Positions 1 through 9,193 of a stretch of 64,000 bases of DNA are shown piece by piece (the stretch's first letter is position 1; each line of letters starts with the position of its first letter). This stretch comes from Candidatus Woesearchaeota archaeon (GTDB lineage Archaea > Nanobdellota > Nanobdellia > Woesearchaeales > GW2011-AR4): contig JAGVXT010000007.1 of assembly GCA_018303655.1 (NCBI GenBank), positions 18,228-82,227 on the forward strand. The letters run 5' to 3'. A model generated the notes under the pieces. That model saw only the letters and a program-made list of their open reading frames with translations. It was not told the DNA's origin and searched no databases. The position numbers were made by a program, and so were the translations under genes.

Positions 1-41
1 GGAATGCGAGTGAGCTCGTTGCGAACTCGCTCACAACTCAC
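1..41 (+). repeat. GC-rich palindromic intergenic repeat, copy A (truncated by the window edge)
   Basis: GGAATGCGAGTGAGC...GCGAACTCGCTCACAACTCAC. Both arms are identical to the copy at 24848..24921, and related copies lie at 10805..10885 and 55378..55420 (inverted). Confidence 0.8.
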
Positions 42-86
42 AGAATTTTCTCGGGAAATGCATTAACTATACTTGAGCAGCGCTAT

Positions 87-1775
87 TTGAAGAAGAACAG
101 CAAAGGCAAGGTTACAGAAAAGCCAGAAGATATGTTCAGAAGAGTTGCCAAGAATATCGCGCTTGCTGATGCAAAATACAAAAATAAGAACATAAAGAAA
201 ACCGAAGAGGAATTCTATAATTTGATGATTTCGCTTGATTTCCTGCCGAATTCCCCGACATTGCTTAATGCGGGAAGAAAGCTGCAGCAGCTGGCAGCAT
301 GCTTTGTTCTGCCTATAGATGATGGCATCGATCCAATATTCAAGACCCTGCATTATGCTGCCTTGATCCACAAGACAGGCGCCGGGACCGGATTCAATTT
401 CTCAAGCTTAAGGCCAAAGGGCGACATCATAGAAAGCTCTGGCTTCACTTCAGGGCCTGTTTCTTTCATGAAGATATTTGACGCTGCAACAGAGCAAATC
501 AAGCTTGGAGGAACTTTAAGGGGAGCCAACATGGGCATTTTGAATGCTGACCATCCTGACATCGGGGATTTTATAACAGTCAAAAGCAAGGAAAATGTGC
601 TTACAAATTTCAATGTTTCAGTTGCGATAACGGATAAGTTTATTGATGCAGTCAAAAAAAATAAAAAATACAATCTGGTAAATCCAAGAACAAAAAAAAT
701 TGTCAGAAAAGAAAGCGCAAGAAGAATTTTTAAGCTGATTTGCGAGCAGGCATGGCTTAATGGCGACCCCGGAGTCATATTTATAAACAGGATTAACATG
801 TTTAATCCGACTCCAAAGCTTGGGAAAATTGAGTCAACGGATAGTTGTGGGGAACAGCCGCTTTTGCCATATGAGGCCTGCAATTTGGGAAGCATTAATT
901 TATCCAATTTTGTTTACAATAAAAAAATTGATTATGGCAGATTGGGAAAAACAATACATTCTGCAGTGCATTTTCTTGACAATGTAATTGACATGTGCGA
1001 CTATCCGTTAAAAGAAAATAGAAAAACTGTTGAGAAAAACAGGAAGATTGGGCTGGGGGTGATGGGCTTTGCCGATATGCTGATCAATCTTGGGATTAAT
1101 TATGACTCGGAAGAAGGGCTAAAGGCAGCAGAAGAAATAATGAAATTCATATCAAAAGAGGCAAGCATTGCATCAATGGAACTGGCCAATAAACGGGGCT
1201 CTTTTCCAGAATGGAAGAACAGCATCTATAATAAAAAATTAAAATTAAGGAATGCAACCCGCACAACAATAGCGCCAACAGGCACAATAAGCATAATTGC
1301 CGATGTTTCAAGCGGCATAGAGCCGCTGTTTGCATTAAGCTACTCAAGAAAAACTGCAGAAGGCAAAACATTGACATATTTTGATAAGAATTTGAAGAAG
1401 GCATTGATTGAAAACAGGATTTATAATGATGAAATTATTGAAAAAATAAACAAGGAAGGTTCAATAAAAAACATTAGTGAAATTCCGAAAAAAATAAGAA
1501 AGATATTTGTTGTTGGAAGCGACATAGAAGCGGAATGGCATGTCAGAATGCAGGCTGCCTTCCAGAAATATGTTGACAACGGGATTTCAAAAACAGTGAC
1601 CTTGCCGAAAGACGCAACTGTTGAGGATGTGGAGAAAATCTTCATGATGGCTCATGAGCTTGGATGCAAGGGAATTTCCGTATACCGCTATGGGAGCAGG
1701 GAAGGGCAGGTTATTTATTTAAGCTCAAAAAGGGACGAGCAGATTACTTTGAGCAATTTTATTAAAAACAGATAA
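87..1775 (+). CDS. nrdJ: Class II (adenosylcobalamin-dependent) ribonucleotide reductase; the true start lies upstream of 87 and is unresolved
   Basis: N-terminal EQRYLKKNSKGKVTEKPEDMFRRVAKNIA and the overall sequence are typical of NrdJ. The conserved FSGNALTIL preceding it is encoded at 48..74, in frame but with no ATG/GTG/TTG. Confidence 0.85.
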   Translation: MKKNSKGKVTEKPEDMFRRVAKNIALADAKYKNKNIKKTEEEFYNLMISLDFLPNSPTLLNAGRKLQQLAACFVLPIDDGIDPIFKTLHYAALIHKTGAGTGFNFSSLRPKGDIIESSGFTSGPVSFMKIFDAATEQIKLGGTLRGANMGILNADHPDIGDFITVKSKENVLTNFNVSVAITDKFIDAVKKNKKYNLVNPRTKKIVRKESARRIFKLICEQAWLNGDPGVIFINRINMFNPTPKLGKIESTDSCGEQPLLPYEACNLGSINLSNFVYNKKIDYGRLGKTIHSAVHFLDNVIDMCDYPLKENRKTVEKNRKIGLGVMGFADMLINLGINYDSEEGLKAAEEIMKFISKEASIASMELANKRGSFPEWKNSIYNKKLKLRNATRTTIAPTGTISIIADVSSGIEPLFALSYSRKTAEGKTLTYFDKNLKKALIENRIYNDEIIEKINKEGSIKNISEIPKKIRKIFVVGSDIEAEWHVRMQAAFQKYVDNGISKTVTLPKDATVEDVEKIFMMAHELGCKGISVYRYGSREGQVIYLSSKRDEQITLSNFIKNR

Positions 1776-1776
1776 A

Positions 1777-2292
1777 ATGATGATTAAAACAAAAAGATTT
1801 ATTCTGAGACCTTATGGAAAAAGTGATGAGAAATCTTTAGTTGAGAATATAAATGACTGGAAAGTAACTCAATTTATGTCAAATATTCCATATCCTTACA
1901 CATTAAAAGATGCAAGAAAGTGGATTAAAAAATGCATAAAGAACACGAAAAAGACTAATAAAACCAGAATTGACTTTGCTGTTGATATTAATGGTGAAAT
2001 CGTTGGTGGTATAGACTTGCATAATATAGAAAAACATAAAGCTGAGATTGGATACTGGCTTACAAGAAAGCTTTGGAATAAAGGGATTATGACGGAAGCA
2101 CTTAGAATAATGACAAATTATGGTTTCAATGAATTAAAATTAAAAAGAATTTCTGCAACAGTTGACCCAAAAAATAAATCATCTATATTTGTTTTAGAGA
2201 AAAACAAGTATAAACGTGAAGGATTGTTAAGAGATTATGCTTACAAAAGTGGAAAATATGTTGACCGTTTCATGTATGCTAAACTAAAATAA
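1777..2292 (+). CDS. GNAT family N-acetyltransferase (RimJ/RimL-like)
   Basis: FILRPY...D...L...N. PYPYT..DA..WI at the N-terminus, and a GNAT core IGYWL..K.WNKGIMTEA. Confidence 0.7.
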   Translation: MMIKTKRFILRPYGKSDEKSLVENINDWKVTQFMSNIPYPYTLKDARKWIKKCIKNTKKTNKTRIDFAVDINGEIVGGIDLHNIEKHKAEIGYWLTRKLWNKGIMTEALRIMTNYGFNELKLKRISATVDPKNKSSIFVLEKNKYKREGLLRDYAYKSGKYVDRFMYAKLK

Positions 2293-2343
2293 ACCAAAAC
2301 CTTTAAATATTAAATAACCTTTATTCTGGTTGTTATAACCTAA

Positions 2344-2943
2344 ATGGTGATTATTTTGGGATTAAATAAATTTTTAAGGACTAATAAAAATGCAAGAAAA
2401 ATATTTGGCAAGAAAGAAATAGAAATAATGCTCAAACAATTAGAAGGACTGCCATTAAAGCAATCAGAGAGAAACAGGCTAAGCAGGGACATAAGGTCAA
2501 AGCTGGAGTTCATTAGAGAAGTATCTGAATTTGAGGATGAGTTCAAGCTAAAAAAAGACCAGGATGCAAGGAAAATTATCTACAAAGCTGTTAATGTAAT
2601 CCTGCAGGATAAATTGAAGGATAAGATTGAAGCAATACTTCTTTTTGGCTCAAGGGTAAATGGAATTGTTACACCAAGGTCTGACATAGACATATGCGTT
2701 GTATTCGATAAGATAGAAAAGGAAGATGCTGACAGGTTCAGAGTGAGAATTCTGGGAAATTTTTCTGAAAAAGCAGACATCCAGGTATTTAATGCCCTTC
2801 CCCAGAAAATTAAGCGCTCAATTGCAGGCTCACATAAAGTATTATACAAAAAAGAAAATTTTGATAATAATTTGTTTAGCATAAAATACTTAAAAGATGA
2901 CGATTATTTTGCAAGAATCAGCAGAGTATTTGGGCAAACATGA
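2344..2943 (+). CDS. Minimal nucleotidyltransferase (MNT antitoxin-like) with an N-terminal extension of about 90 aa
   Basis: LFGSRVNGIVTPRSDIDICVVF matches the GS...DxD motif. Its stop overlaps the next gene (ATGA). Confidence 0.75.
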   Translation: MVIILGLNKFLRTNKNARKIFGKKEIEIMLKQLEGLPLKQSERNRLSRDIRSKLEFIREVSEFEDEFKLKKDQDARKIIYKAVNVILQDKLKDKIEAILLFGSRVNGIVTPRSDIDICVVFDKIEKEDADRFRVRILGNFSEKADIQVFNALPQKIKRSIAGSHKVLYKKENFDNNLFSIKYLKDDDYFARISRVFGQT

Positions 2944-3200
2944 CAAGAATAGAAGACAAAATAAACGAGATAAAACTGAAAATTCCAGAGGATGATATTG
3001 ATGCTTTCAACATTCTTTTGGAGAACAAAATTATTGATGAAAATCTGGCGTCTAAGCTGAAAAATGCAAAAGGCATGAGAAACATCATAAGCCACCAATA
3101 CGGCAAGATTGATGACAAAATTGTATTTGAAGCAATAACAGAAGATATTGACAAAGATGTTGAAAAATTCGTAGAACAAATAGAAAAGACAATAAAATAA
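2940..3200 (+). CDS. HEPN/DUF86 (HepT-like) toxin
   Basis: Rx4HxY motif (RNIISHQY). The gene is 86 aa and overlaps the MNT gene. Confidence 0.75.
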   Translation: MTRIEDKINEIKLKIPEDDIDAFNILLENKIIDENLASKLKNAKGMRNIISHQYGKIDDKIVFEAITEDIDKDVEKFVEQIEKTIK

Positions 3201-3210
3201 ATTATAAAAA

Positions 3211-3765
3211 ATGAACTTCTTCATTATCCACGGAGTTTACGCAGACCCTAATGCAAACTGGTTTCCTTGGCTTAAGAAAGAGCTTGAAAAAAGAGGATAT
3301 GAATGCTCTGTTCCAAAATTTCCCACGCCTTTGGACCAGACTCTTGAAAGCTGGTTTAGAGTCCTTGCAAATTATGTAGATAAGATAAATGAAGAGTCGG
3401 TTTTAATCGGGCATAGCTTGGGTGCCGCATTTATTTTGAATTATCTTGAAAAAGCCAATAAAAAAATAAAGGCAGCGATTCTTGTTGCGCCGTTCCATAA
3501 ATTGCTCGGCATCCAGTATGATGAGATAAACAAAACCTTTATTGACAAGGAATTTTACTGGGAGAAAATAAAGAATAGCTGCAGCAGGTTTTATATTTTT
3601 GCATCTGACAATGATGAGTATATTCCTTTTGAAGTTACTAAAGAAATCACAAAAAACCTGAATGCGGAACTCAACATTGTGGCTAATGGCGGGCACCTTA
3701 ATGCAAAGGCTGGCTATGACACGCTTCCGCTTCTATTAGAATGGATAATCATTGATTTGGAATAG
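3211..3765 (+). CDS. Alpha/beta serine hydrolase, YdeN/RBBP9-like
   Basis: IIHG...NWFPWLKKEL and a GHSLG nucleophile elbow, in a protein of about 180 aa. Confidence 0.6.
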   Translation: MNFFIIHGVYADPNANWFPWLKKELEKRGYECSVPKFPTPLDQTLESWFRVLANYVDKINEESVLIGHSLGAAFILNYLEKANKKIKAAILVAPFHKLLGIQYDEINKTFIDKEFYWEKIKNSCSRFYIFASDNDEYIPFEVTKEITKNLNAELNIVANGGHLNAKAGYDTLPLLLEWIIIDLE

Positions 3766-3808
3766 GAAATCAACAACGCTTAAAAATACATTAAAATTCT
3801 AGATTATT

Positions 3809-4978
3809 ATGGAAAGGCGAATTTTTACTGTATTGTTCATTGCAGTGTTTGCAACAATGCTAGGCGCAGGCATAATAGAGCCGTTCATGGCAATCTATGC
3901 AAAAGACCTTGGAGCAAACGGCCTGATGATTGGGCTTATTTTCGGCTCCTTCACATTGTCAAGAGCAGTATTCACTCCTTTAATCGGAAGGCTGTCAGAT
4001 TTCAAGGGAAGAAAAAACCTTTTGCTTGTTGGGCTAACCGGCTACACTATCCTGTCATTTTTCTATGCTGTTGCAACAAGCACAACATCATTGGTGATAG
4101 TGAGGATTTTTCATGGATTGGCTTCTGCAATGGTTTTGCCAATTTCAATGGCCTACATTGGCGACATTGCGCCAAAAAACCAAGAAGGCAAGTATCTTGG
4201 GACTTTCACAATAGCTTTTTTTATGGGCTTGGCTTTTGGCCCAATCATTGGAGGGGCATTGTATGACATCTGGCATATGAATACCGCTTTCTATGCAATG
4301 GGGGCAATAAGCTTTTTGTCGCTTCTTCTGCTCATATTCATGCTGCCGGAGATTAATGCCCACAAAAACATAAAGCCATCGTCATTTAAAACAATATTAA
4401 AAGACAAGACAATGCAGGCGATGCTTGTTTTCAGGGTTATGAATGCTTATGGCATTGCGGCATTGATGGGATTTTTGCCATTGATTGCGCAAAGGATAAA
4501 TGTCAGTGTTTTTCAGATTGGGTTTGTCGTGAGCGCGAATTTATTGGCTTCTTCCCTATTCCAGAGGTATTTCGGAATAGTGGCGGATAAAAGCGATAAA
4601 ATTGCAATGATGATTGCCGGAAGCATCATGATGCTTATTGGCCTTGCATTAATTCCTTTGTCAACGGGCTTTTACACGTTATTGCTGTTTAACATATTGA
4701 TGGGCCTGGGCTCGGCAATTTCAATACCGGCAGGAAGCGCGATAACAGCGCAGCTTGGCAAAAAGCTTGGAATGGGCTCTGTGATGGGCTTGTTCAATAC
4801 AGCATTTGGACTTGGGGGCGGATTTGGCCCAATAGTTGCCGGGCTTATAATGCTTGCAACAGGCTTGGCGTTTGTTTTTGTTTCGTCTGCATTAATTGTC
4901 TTGGCTGGAACAATTATTTTCTATTATCTGATGAAAAATAATTTAGATTACAAAGAATTAAGCAAAACAACAAATTAA
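3809..4978 (+). CDS. MFS transporter
   Basis: About 12 predicted TM segments and a GRLSDFKGRK loop motif. Confidence 0.75.
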   Translation: MERRIFTVLFIAVFATMLGAGIIEPFMAIYAKDLGANGLMIGLIFGSFTLSRAVFTPLIGRLSDFKGRKNLLLVGLTGYTILSFFYAVATSTTSLVIVRIFHGLASAMVLPISMAYIGDIAPKNQEGKYLGTFTIAFFMGLAFGPIIGGALYDIWHMNTAFYAMGAISFLSLLLLIFMLPEINAHKNIKPSSFKTILKDKTMQAMLVFRVMNAYGIAALMGFLPLIAQRINVSVFQIGFVVSANLLASSLFQRYFGIVADKSDKIAMMIAGSIMMLIGLALIPLSTGFYTLLLFNILMGLGSAISIPAGSAITAQLGKKLGMGSVMGLFNTAFGLGGGFGPIVAGLIMLATGLAFVFVSSALIVLAGTIIFYYLMKNNLDYKELSKTTN

Positions 4979-4979
4979 A

Positions 4980-5480
4980 ATGGACATTTTTGCGCATGGA
5001 TTATGGAGTTATGCTATCTTTCATAAGAAAAAATATGTTTGGCTTGCAACACTTTTTGGCTTGCTTCCGGATTTTTTGTCATTCGGGATTGTCTTTGCAA
5101 TGAATTTAGTTAATGGAAATTTCCATAGCGGGCCGCCTGCAATAAACTCGCTTCCAGAATGGCTTTTTGCAGCCTATAACATGACTCACAGCTTTGTTGT
5201 GTTCTTTATCGCTTTTGTGTTGATATATGCTTTCACAAAAAAATGGCTTTGGCCACTAACAGCCTGGGGAACCCATATACTCATAGACATACCAACACAT
5301 TCATTTAGATATTTCCCAACGCCGTTCTTATGGCCTTTGTCTGACTACAAGTTCAACGGCATAAGCTGGAGCACTCCTTGGTTTATGCTGGTCAATTATT
5401 CCGCATTGATGATTATTTTTCTTTTGATTGCGCATAACAGGGCTAAAAAGAAGAGGCACATAACAAAGTTTAAAAAATAA
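4980..5480 (+). CDS. Membrane-bound metal-dependent hydrolase-like protein (DUF457/YdjM-like)
   Basis: Multi-TM protein with N-terminal MDIFAHG, LPDFLSF and HILIDIPTHS His/Asp motifs. Confidence 0.45.
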   Translation: MDIFAHGLWSYAIFHKKKYVWLATLFGLLPDFLSFGIVFAMNLVNGNFHSGPPAINSLPEWLFAAYNMTHSFVVFFIAFVLIYAFTKKWLWPLTAWGTHILIDIPTHSFRYFPTPFLWPLSDYKFNGISWSTPWFMLVNYSALMIIFLLIAHNRAKKKRHITKFKK

Positions 5481-5634
5481 GAAAAAATCCATAAAATTAT
5501 GGATAAAACAGAAGAATTGAAAAAAGAAACTGGTTATCTTTAGAGAAAACTATGGAAATGTTTGAAAAATTGCATGAAATTGGCAGGTATTCGCAAAACC
5601 TTTATGAGTTTTTTAAGAGGGAGGTGAAATAATA

Positions 5635-5967
5635 ATGGAAACTGTATCGTCAAGATTGGATTTGGAAACAATTAATTTATTTGGCAAGGTTTTGAAGGAA
5701 AAGCGCTCTGAGGTAGTAAGGGAACTAGTCGAATCAGGCAAAAAACACAAAGCAGTTGAACTTTACAAAAATAAAAAAGTAAGCCTGGGGTTAGGAGCAA
5801 GATTAGCAGGGGCAGCTACAGCAGGCCAAAAGAAAGGATTAGGAGGCATTACTAGCAGAGCAATATCGGGATTAACAAAGCCTAGTGGCATTGCAGCAAT
5901 AATTGTTTCTATTTTGGTGTTAGGAGCTGGATATGGGGCGTATTATTACCTGTACAAGAGAAAGTAA
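5635..5967 (+). CDS. Hypothetical protein with a UPF0175-like N-terminal segment and a C-terminal TM helix
   Basis: AVELYKNKKVSLGLGARLAG resembles the UPF0175 antitoxin motif. The C-terminus carries the hydrophobic stretch IAAIIVSILVLGAGYGAYYYL. Confidence 0.3.
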   Translation: METVSSRLDLETINLFGKVLKEKRSEVVRELVESGKKHKAVELYKNKKVSLGLGARLAGAATAGQKKGLGGITSRAISGLTKPSGIAAIIVSILVLGAGYGAYYYLYKRK

Positions 5968-6132
5968 TTTAATTTTTTATATTGATAGTGCCCTATTGTC
6001 AAGGGCAAGAAGCACAAAAACATTAAATTTGTCAAATAATCAAAATTCAACATGCTCTGCAAATTTAGTGCTCGGCGTCGTTGTCTGCCACACACTCCGC
6101 CTCGCCCATACATTATATTATAACAAATCAAA

Positions 6133-6579
6133 ATGATAAGCGTTGGGGATAAAGCTCCTGATTTCACCTTGGCTGACCAGGACGGAAAGGAAAGGAAGCT
6201 AAGCGAGTTTAGGGACAAAAATGTTGTTCTTGCCTTTTACCCTTTTGATTTTTCTCCTGTCTGCACTGTTGAATTTGGATGCTTTGAGGATGATTTGCCA
6301 AAATTAAATGACTTGAATGCTCAGGTGCTTGGAATAAGCGTTGACAGCAAGTACTCCCACAAGGAATTTGCTCAAAAGCTTGGCTTGAATTTCCCATTAT
6401 TGAGCGATTTTGGAAAGGAAGTCTGCAGCCTTTACGGAACTTTGAGGAAAGAGGGTTTCAGCGAAAGGGCTTATTTCATAATTGATGCTGAAGGCATAGT
6501 AAGATTTAAGTATTTAATGCCAACTCCAGGAGAAAGGCTTGAAAACGAGCAGCTGATTGAAGGTTTAAACAAACTGTAG
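6133..6579 (+). CDS. bcp: Peroxiredoxin (Bcp/AhpC-TSA family)
   Basis: [13 protein letters not shown] peroxidatic Cys motif. Confidence 0.85.
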   Translation: MISVGDKAPDFTLADQDGKERKLSEFRDKNVVLAFYPFDFSPVCTVEFGCFEDDLPKLNDLNAQVLGISVDSKYSHKEFAQKLGLNFPLLSDFGKEVCSLYGTLRKEGFSERAYFIIDAEGIVRFKYLMPTPGERLENEQLIEGLNKL

Positions 6580-7068
6580 GTGATTTTAATGGGGCAAAAA
6601 GGAAGGGAAATCGCAAAGCTTGACCATAAATGGCTGATTAAGGAACTGAGCAAGGCTTATGCCTTTGAATGGGTTGTGCATTATTACGCTTCTTTGGCCT
6701 CCAATATTGTTTCAGGATTGAGAGCTCCTGTTTATGCGGAAATTTTCAAGAAAGCCGCAGAAGGCGAGTTTGGGCATGCAAGCAGGGTTGCAAAAAGAAT
6801 TGCAGAGCTTGGAGGAGAGCCTACTGAATCATTAAGCGAAATGGAAAAGCTTGCTGAATTTGGAAAAGTAGCTTTCCCAAAGGAAAGAAGCGACATCAAG
6901 GGCTTCGTTAAAGTCTTTTTAAAAATGGAGCAGCACGCAATTGCACTTTACAATGATTTGGCTAATAAAACACATGGCAAGGACCTGGTGACCCACGAGC
7001 TTGCAGAAGACTTATTATCAGAGGAAGTTGCCGAAGAGGAAGAGTACGAGAATTTGCTGAAGGAATAG
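6580..7068 (+). CDS. Ferritin-like/Dps-like diiron protein
   Basis: Four-helix ferritin-like pattern with EGEFGH and MEQH ligand motifs, directly after the peroxiredoxin gene. Confidence 0.6.
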   Translation: MILMGQKGREIAKLDHKWLIKELSKAYAFEWVVHYYASLASNIVSGLRAPVYAEIFKKAAEGEFGHASRVAKRIAELGGEPTESLSEMEKLAEFGKVAFPKERSDIKGFVKVFLKMEQHAIALYNDLANKTHGKDLVTHELAEDLLSEEVAEEEEYENLLKE

Positions 7069-7122
7069 GTTTTTTATTTTTTTTGAATAAGATTTATAAA
7101 CTAATTTAAGTTCTTTTTTTCT

Positions 7123-7695
7123 ATGAAAGGCGTTATATTTTTTGACATAGACACCCAATACGACTTCATGCACAGGGATGGTAAATTTTATGTCCAGGAT
7201 GCTGAAAAAATTATTCCAAATCTTGGCTCTATAACTCAATTTGCCTTAATTAACAATATACCTGTTTTTGCCTCAATCGACAATAACGGATTTAAAAAAG
7301 AAGATGGTGAATGGAATCAGCTGAAAATCCCTGAAACAAGGCTGAGAAATGCAGCTATTGTCCCCAACAAGAAATTGACAAATAAAAAGATAATGCAATT
7401 AAAAAAAGAAGATAAATTATTGATTGAAAAGCATGAGCATAATGCATTCTCAAATCCTAACTTGAAATCAATTGTAAATGGCACAAAAAAAGCCTATGTT
7501 TACGGCGTTGCAACCGACTATTGCGTCAAGGAAGTTGTACTTGAATTAAGGAGCATGAAAGTTGAGACTTATGTGATAAAGGACGCAATAAAGCCTGTTT
7601 CAAAGAAAACGGAAAATAAACACTTTGCTTTGTTCAGGAAAAAAGGGGCAAAGTTTTTAACCACTCGGCAATTATTGAGGAAAAAAGAGTTGTAG
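7123..7695 (+). CDS. Isochorismatase/nicotinamidase family cysteine hydrolase
   Basis: FFDIDTQYDF and VYGVATDYCV (catalytic Cys). Confidence 0.7.
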   Translation: MKGVIFFDIDTQYDFMHRDGKFYVQDAEKIIPNLGSITQFALINNIPVFASIDNNGFKKEDGEWNQLKIPETRLRNAAIVPNKKLTNKKIMQLKKEDKLLIEKHEHNAFSNPNLKSIVNGTKKAYVYGVATDYCVKEVVLELRSMKVETYVIKDAIKPVSKKTENKHFALFRKKGAKFLTTRQLLRKKEL

Positions 7696-7732
7696 TTGGG
7701 GTTTATTTATAGAGGAGTTATTATTAAAAACT

Positions 7733-8044
7733 GTGAGTCAAATGTCAAGAGCTAGAAGAATGCAACATGCACAATACCTTAGACATACCTATTACGCTGA
7801 TTTTCCAGATTCTGAAAGATATAAGGTTGATTTAGACTCTGGAAAGTTCGGAAATTTACCTCCTGATTTTTTTGAAAAACTATCCCAAAAAGGTTATGGA
7901 TTTCGAAACCAACTAGGGGAACCTTATCAAAATTTAGACACTGCAAGCCTACTTGAAGAAATAAAAAGTTCTGGGGCAGGAGATTTGCCCGGTTTAAATA
8001 TCCACAACAACAGTCGCTTTCCAATTATTTTTTTCCTTCTTTAA
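7733..8044 (+). CDS. Hypothetical protein; the tail overlaps the convergent archease 3' end
   Basis: ORF only, with no recognisable motif. Confidence 0.25.
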   Translation: MSQMSRARRMQHAQYLRHTYYADFPDSERYKVDLDSGKFGNLPPDFFEKLSQKGYGFRNQLGEPYQNLDTASLLEEIKSSGAGDLPGLNIHNNSRFPIIFFLL

Positions 8045-8440
8045 TTCAAACATGTGCATAGTAATTGCTTTAATATCATTCTCCAAACTCTGCACTTCCG
8101 GATTTATTTTGTCGCCTTCAAGAACGGCCTTGAGCTTGTTTTTCTTTCCTTCCTCAATGATTACATGCGCATGCTTGAAAACCATGTACTTTGAATCCTT
8201 CAAAAACAAAATTTCAGAAAGAAAATCGTACAGAAGATTGTCCAATTTGTTGTTTTCCAGTTCAAACTCGACTTTTTTGCTTGCATCCACGGTGTCCAAA
8301 TCAGCGCTTAATTCAAAAATTGCAAGTGCTGCATTCTCAAATAATTCATTCAAGTCTTTTCCGTAAGCCTCGAATGCAATGTCGGCTATTGCAATATCCT
8401 CTAGAAACTTGTATTTTGTCTTGTCGTTGTTTATATTCAT
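7994..8440 (-). CDS. Archease (RtcB activator)
   Basis: KFLEDIAIADIAFEAYGKDLNELFENAALA matches the archease N-terminal signature. The start was chosen at the internal Met, 2 nt after the ZIP stop. Confidence 0.8.
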   Translation of the reverse strand: MNINNDKTKYKFLEDIAIADIAFEAYGKDLNELFENAALAIFELSADLDTVDASKKVEFELENNKLDNLLYDFLSEILFLKDSKYMVFKHAHVIIEEGKKNKLKAVLEGDKINPEVQSLENDIKAITMHMFELKKEKNNWKATVVVDI

Positions 8441-8442
8441 TT

Positions 8443-9192
8443 TTAATGCTGGAATAATTTTCCTACGATCCATATTAATAATATACCCAGCGCAAGCAAA
8501 ACAAGCTGGACAAGTGATTTTTTTAAATCTTTTTCCTTTTGTATTTCAGGAATCAAATCAGTGCTTGCAATATAAACAAAGCCTCCCACTGCGAAAGAAG
8601 TAAGAAAAATTGTCGAATTATTTATTGCATTTGAGTAAAAGTAAGCAGCCAATGCCCCTACAACAGCAGTCAAGGCTGTCAAAAAATTATAAATCAATGC
8701 CTTTGCCTTTGAAAATCCGCCGTAAATCAGGATTGAAAAGTCAGCTATCTCCTGCGGGATCTCATGAGCTATTATTGCGATTGTTGCAATTATGCCAAGC
8801 GCTGTGCTGTTCATGAAGCTGATTGCAATCACCGCTCCGTCAAGGAAATTATGTATCGCGTCGCCAACAATGTTTAAGTAGGTGAATCCGTGCACTTCCT
8901 CGTGCTCATGCCCTGCATGGTGATGGTGCCAGTGCAGGAATTTTTCAAGCACGAAAAATGAGAGTATACCAATCAGAATGAAAACAGGCACGCTTTCCCT
9001 GAATCCTTCTTCAAGCGCCTCAGGAAGCAGGTCAAGAAACGCCGCTCCGAGCAAAGTGCCTGCAGCAAAGCTGACAAGATAAAATAAGATTCTATCCAGT
9101 GTTTTCTTACGAAAAAAAATAAGAATTCCAAGTAGTGAAATTAGACTGACTATCAAAACTGCGATGAGGATTTGTATTAATACTACAACCAT
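8443..9192 (-). CDS. ZIP family divalent metal transporter
   Basis: HEIPQEIADFSIL motif, a His-rich loop (HWHHHHAGHEHEEVH) and multiple TM segments. Confidence 0.8.
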   Translation of the reverse strand: MVVVLIQILIAVLIVSLISLLGILIFFRKKTLDRILFYLVSFAAGTLLGAAFLDLLPEALEEGFRESVPVFILIGILSFFVLEKFLHWHHHHAGHEHEEVHGFTYLNIVGDAIHNFLDGAVIAISFMNSTALGIIATIAIIAHEIPQEIADFSILIYGGFSKAKALIYNFLTALTAVVGALAAYFYSNAINNSTIFLTSFAVGGFVYIASTDLIPEIQKEKDLKKSLVQLVLLALGILLIWIVGKLFQH

Positions 9193-9193
9193 T

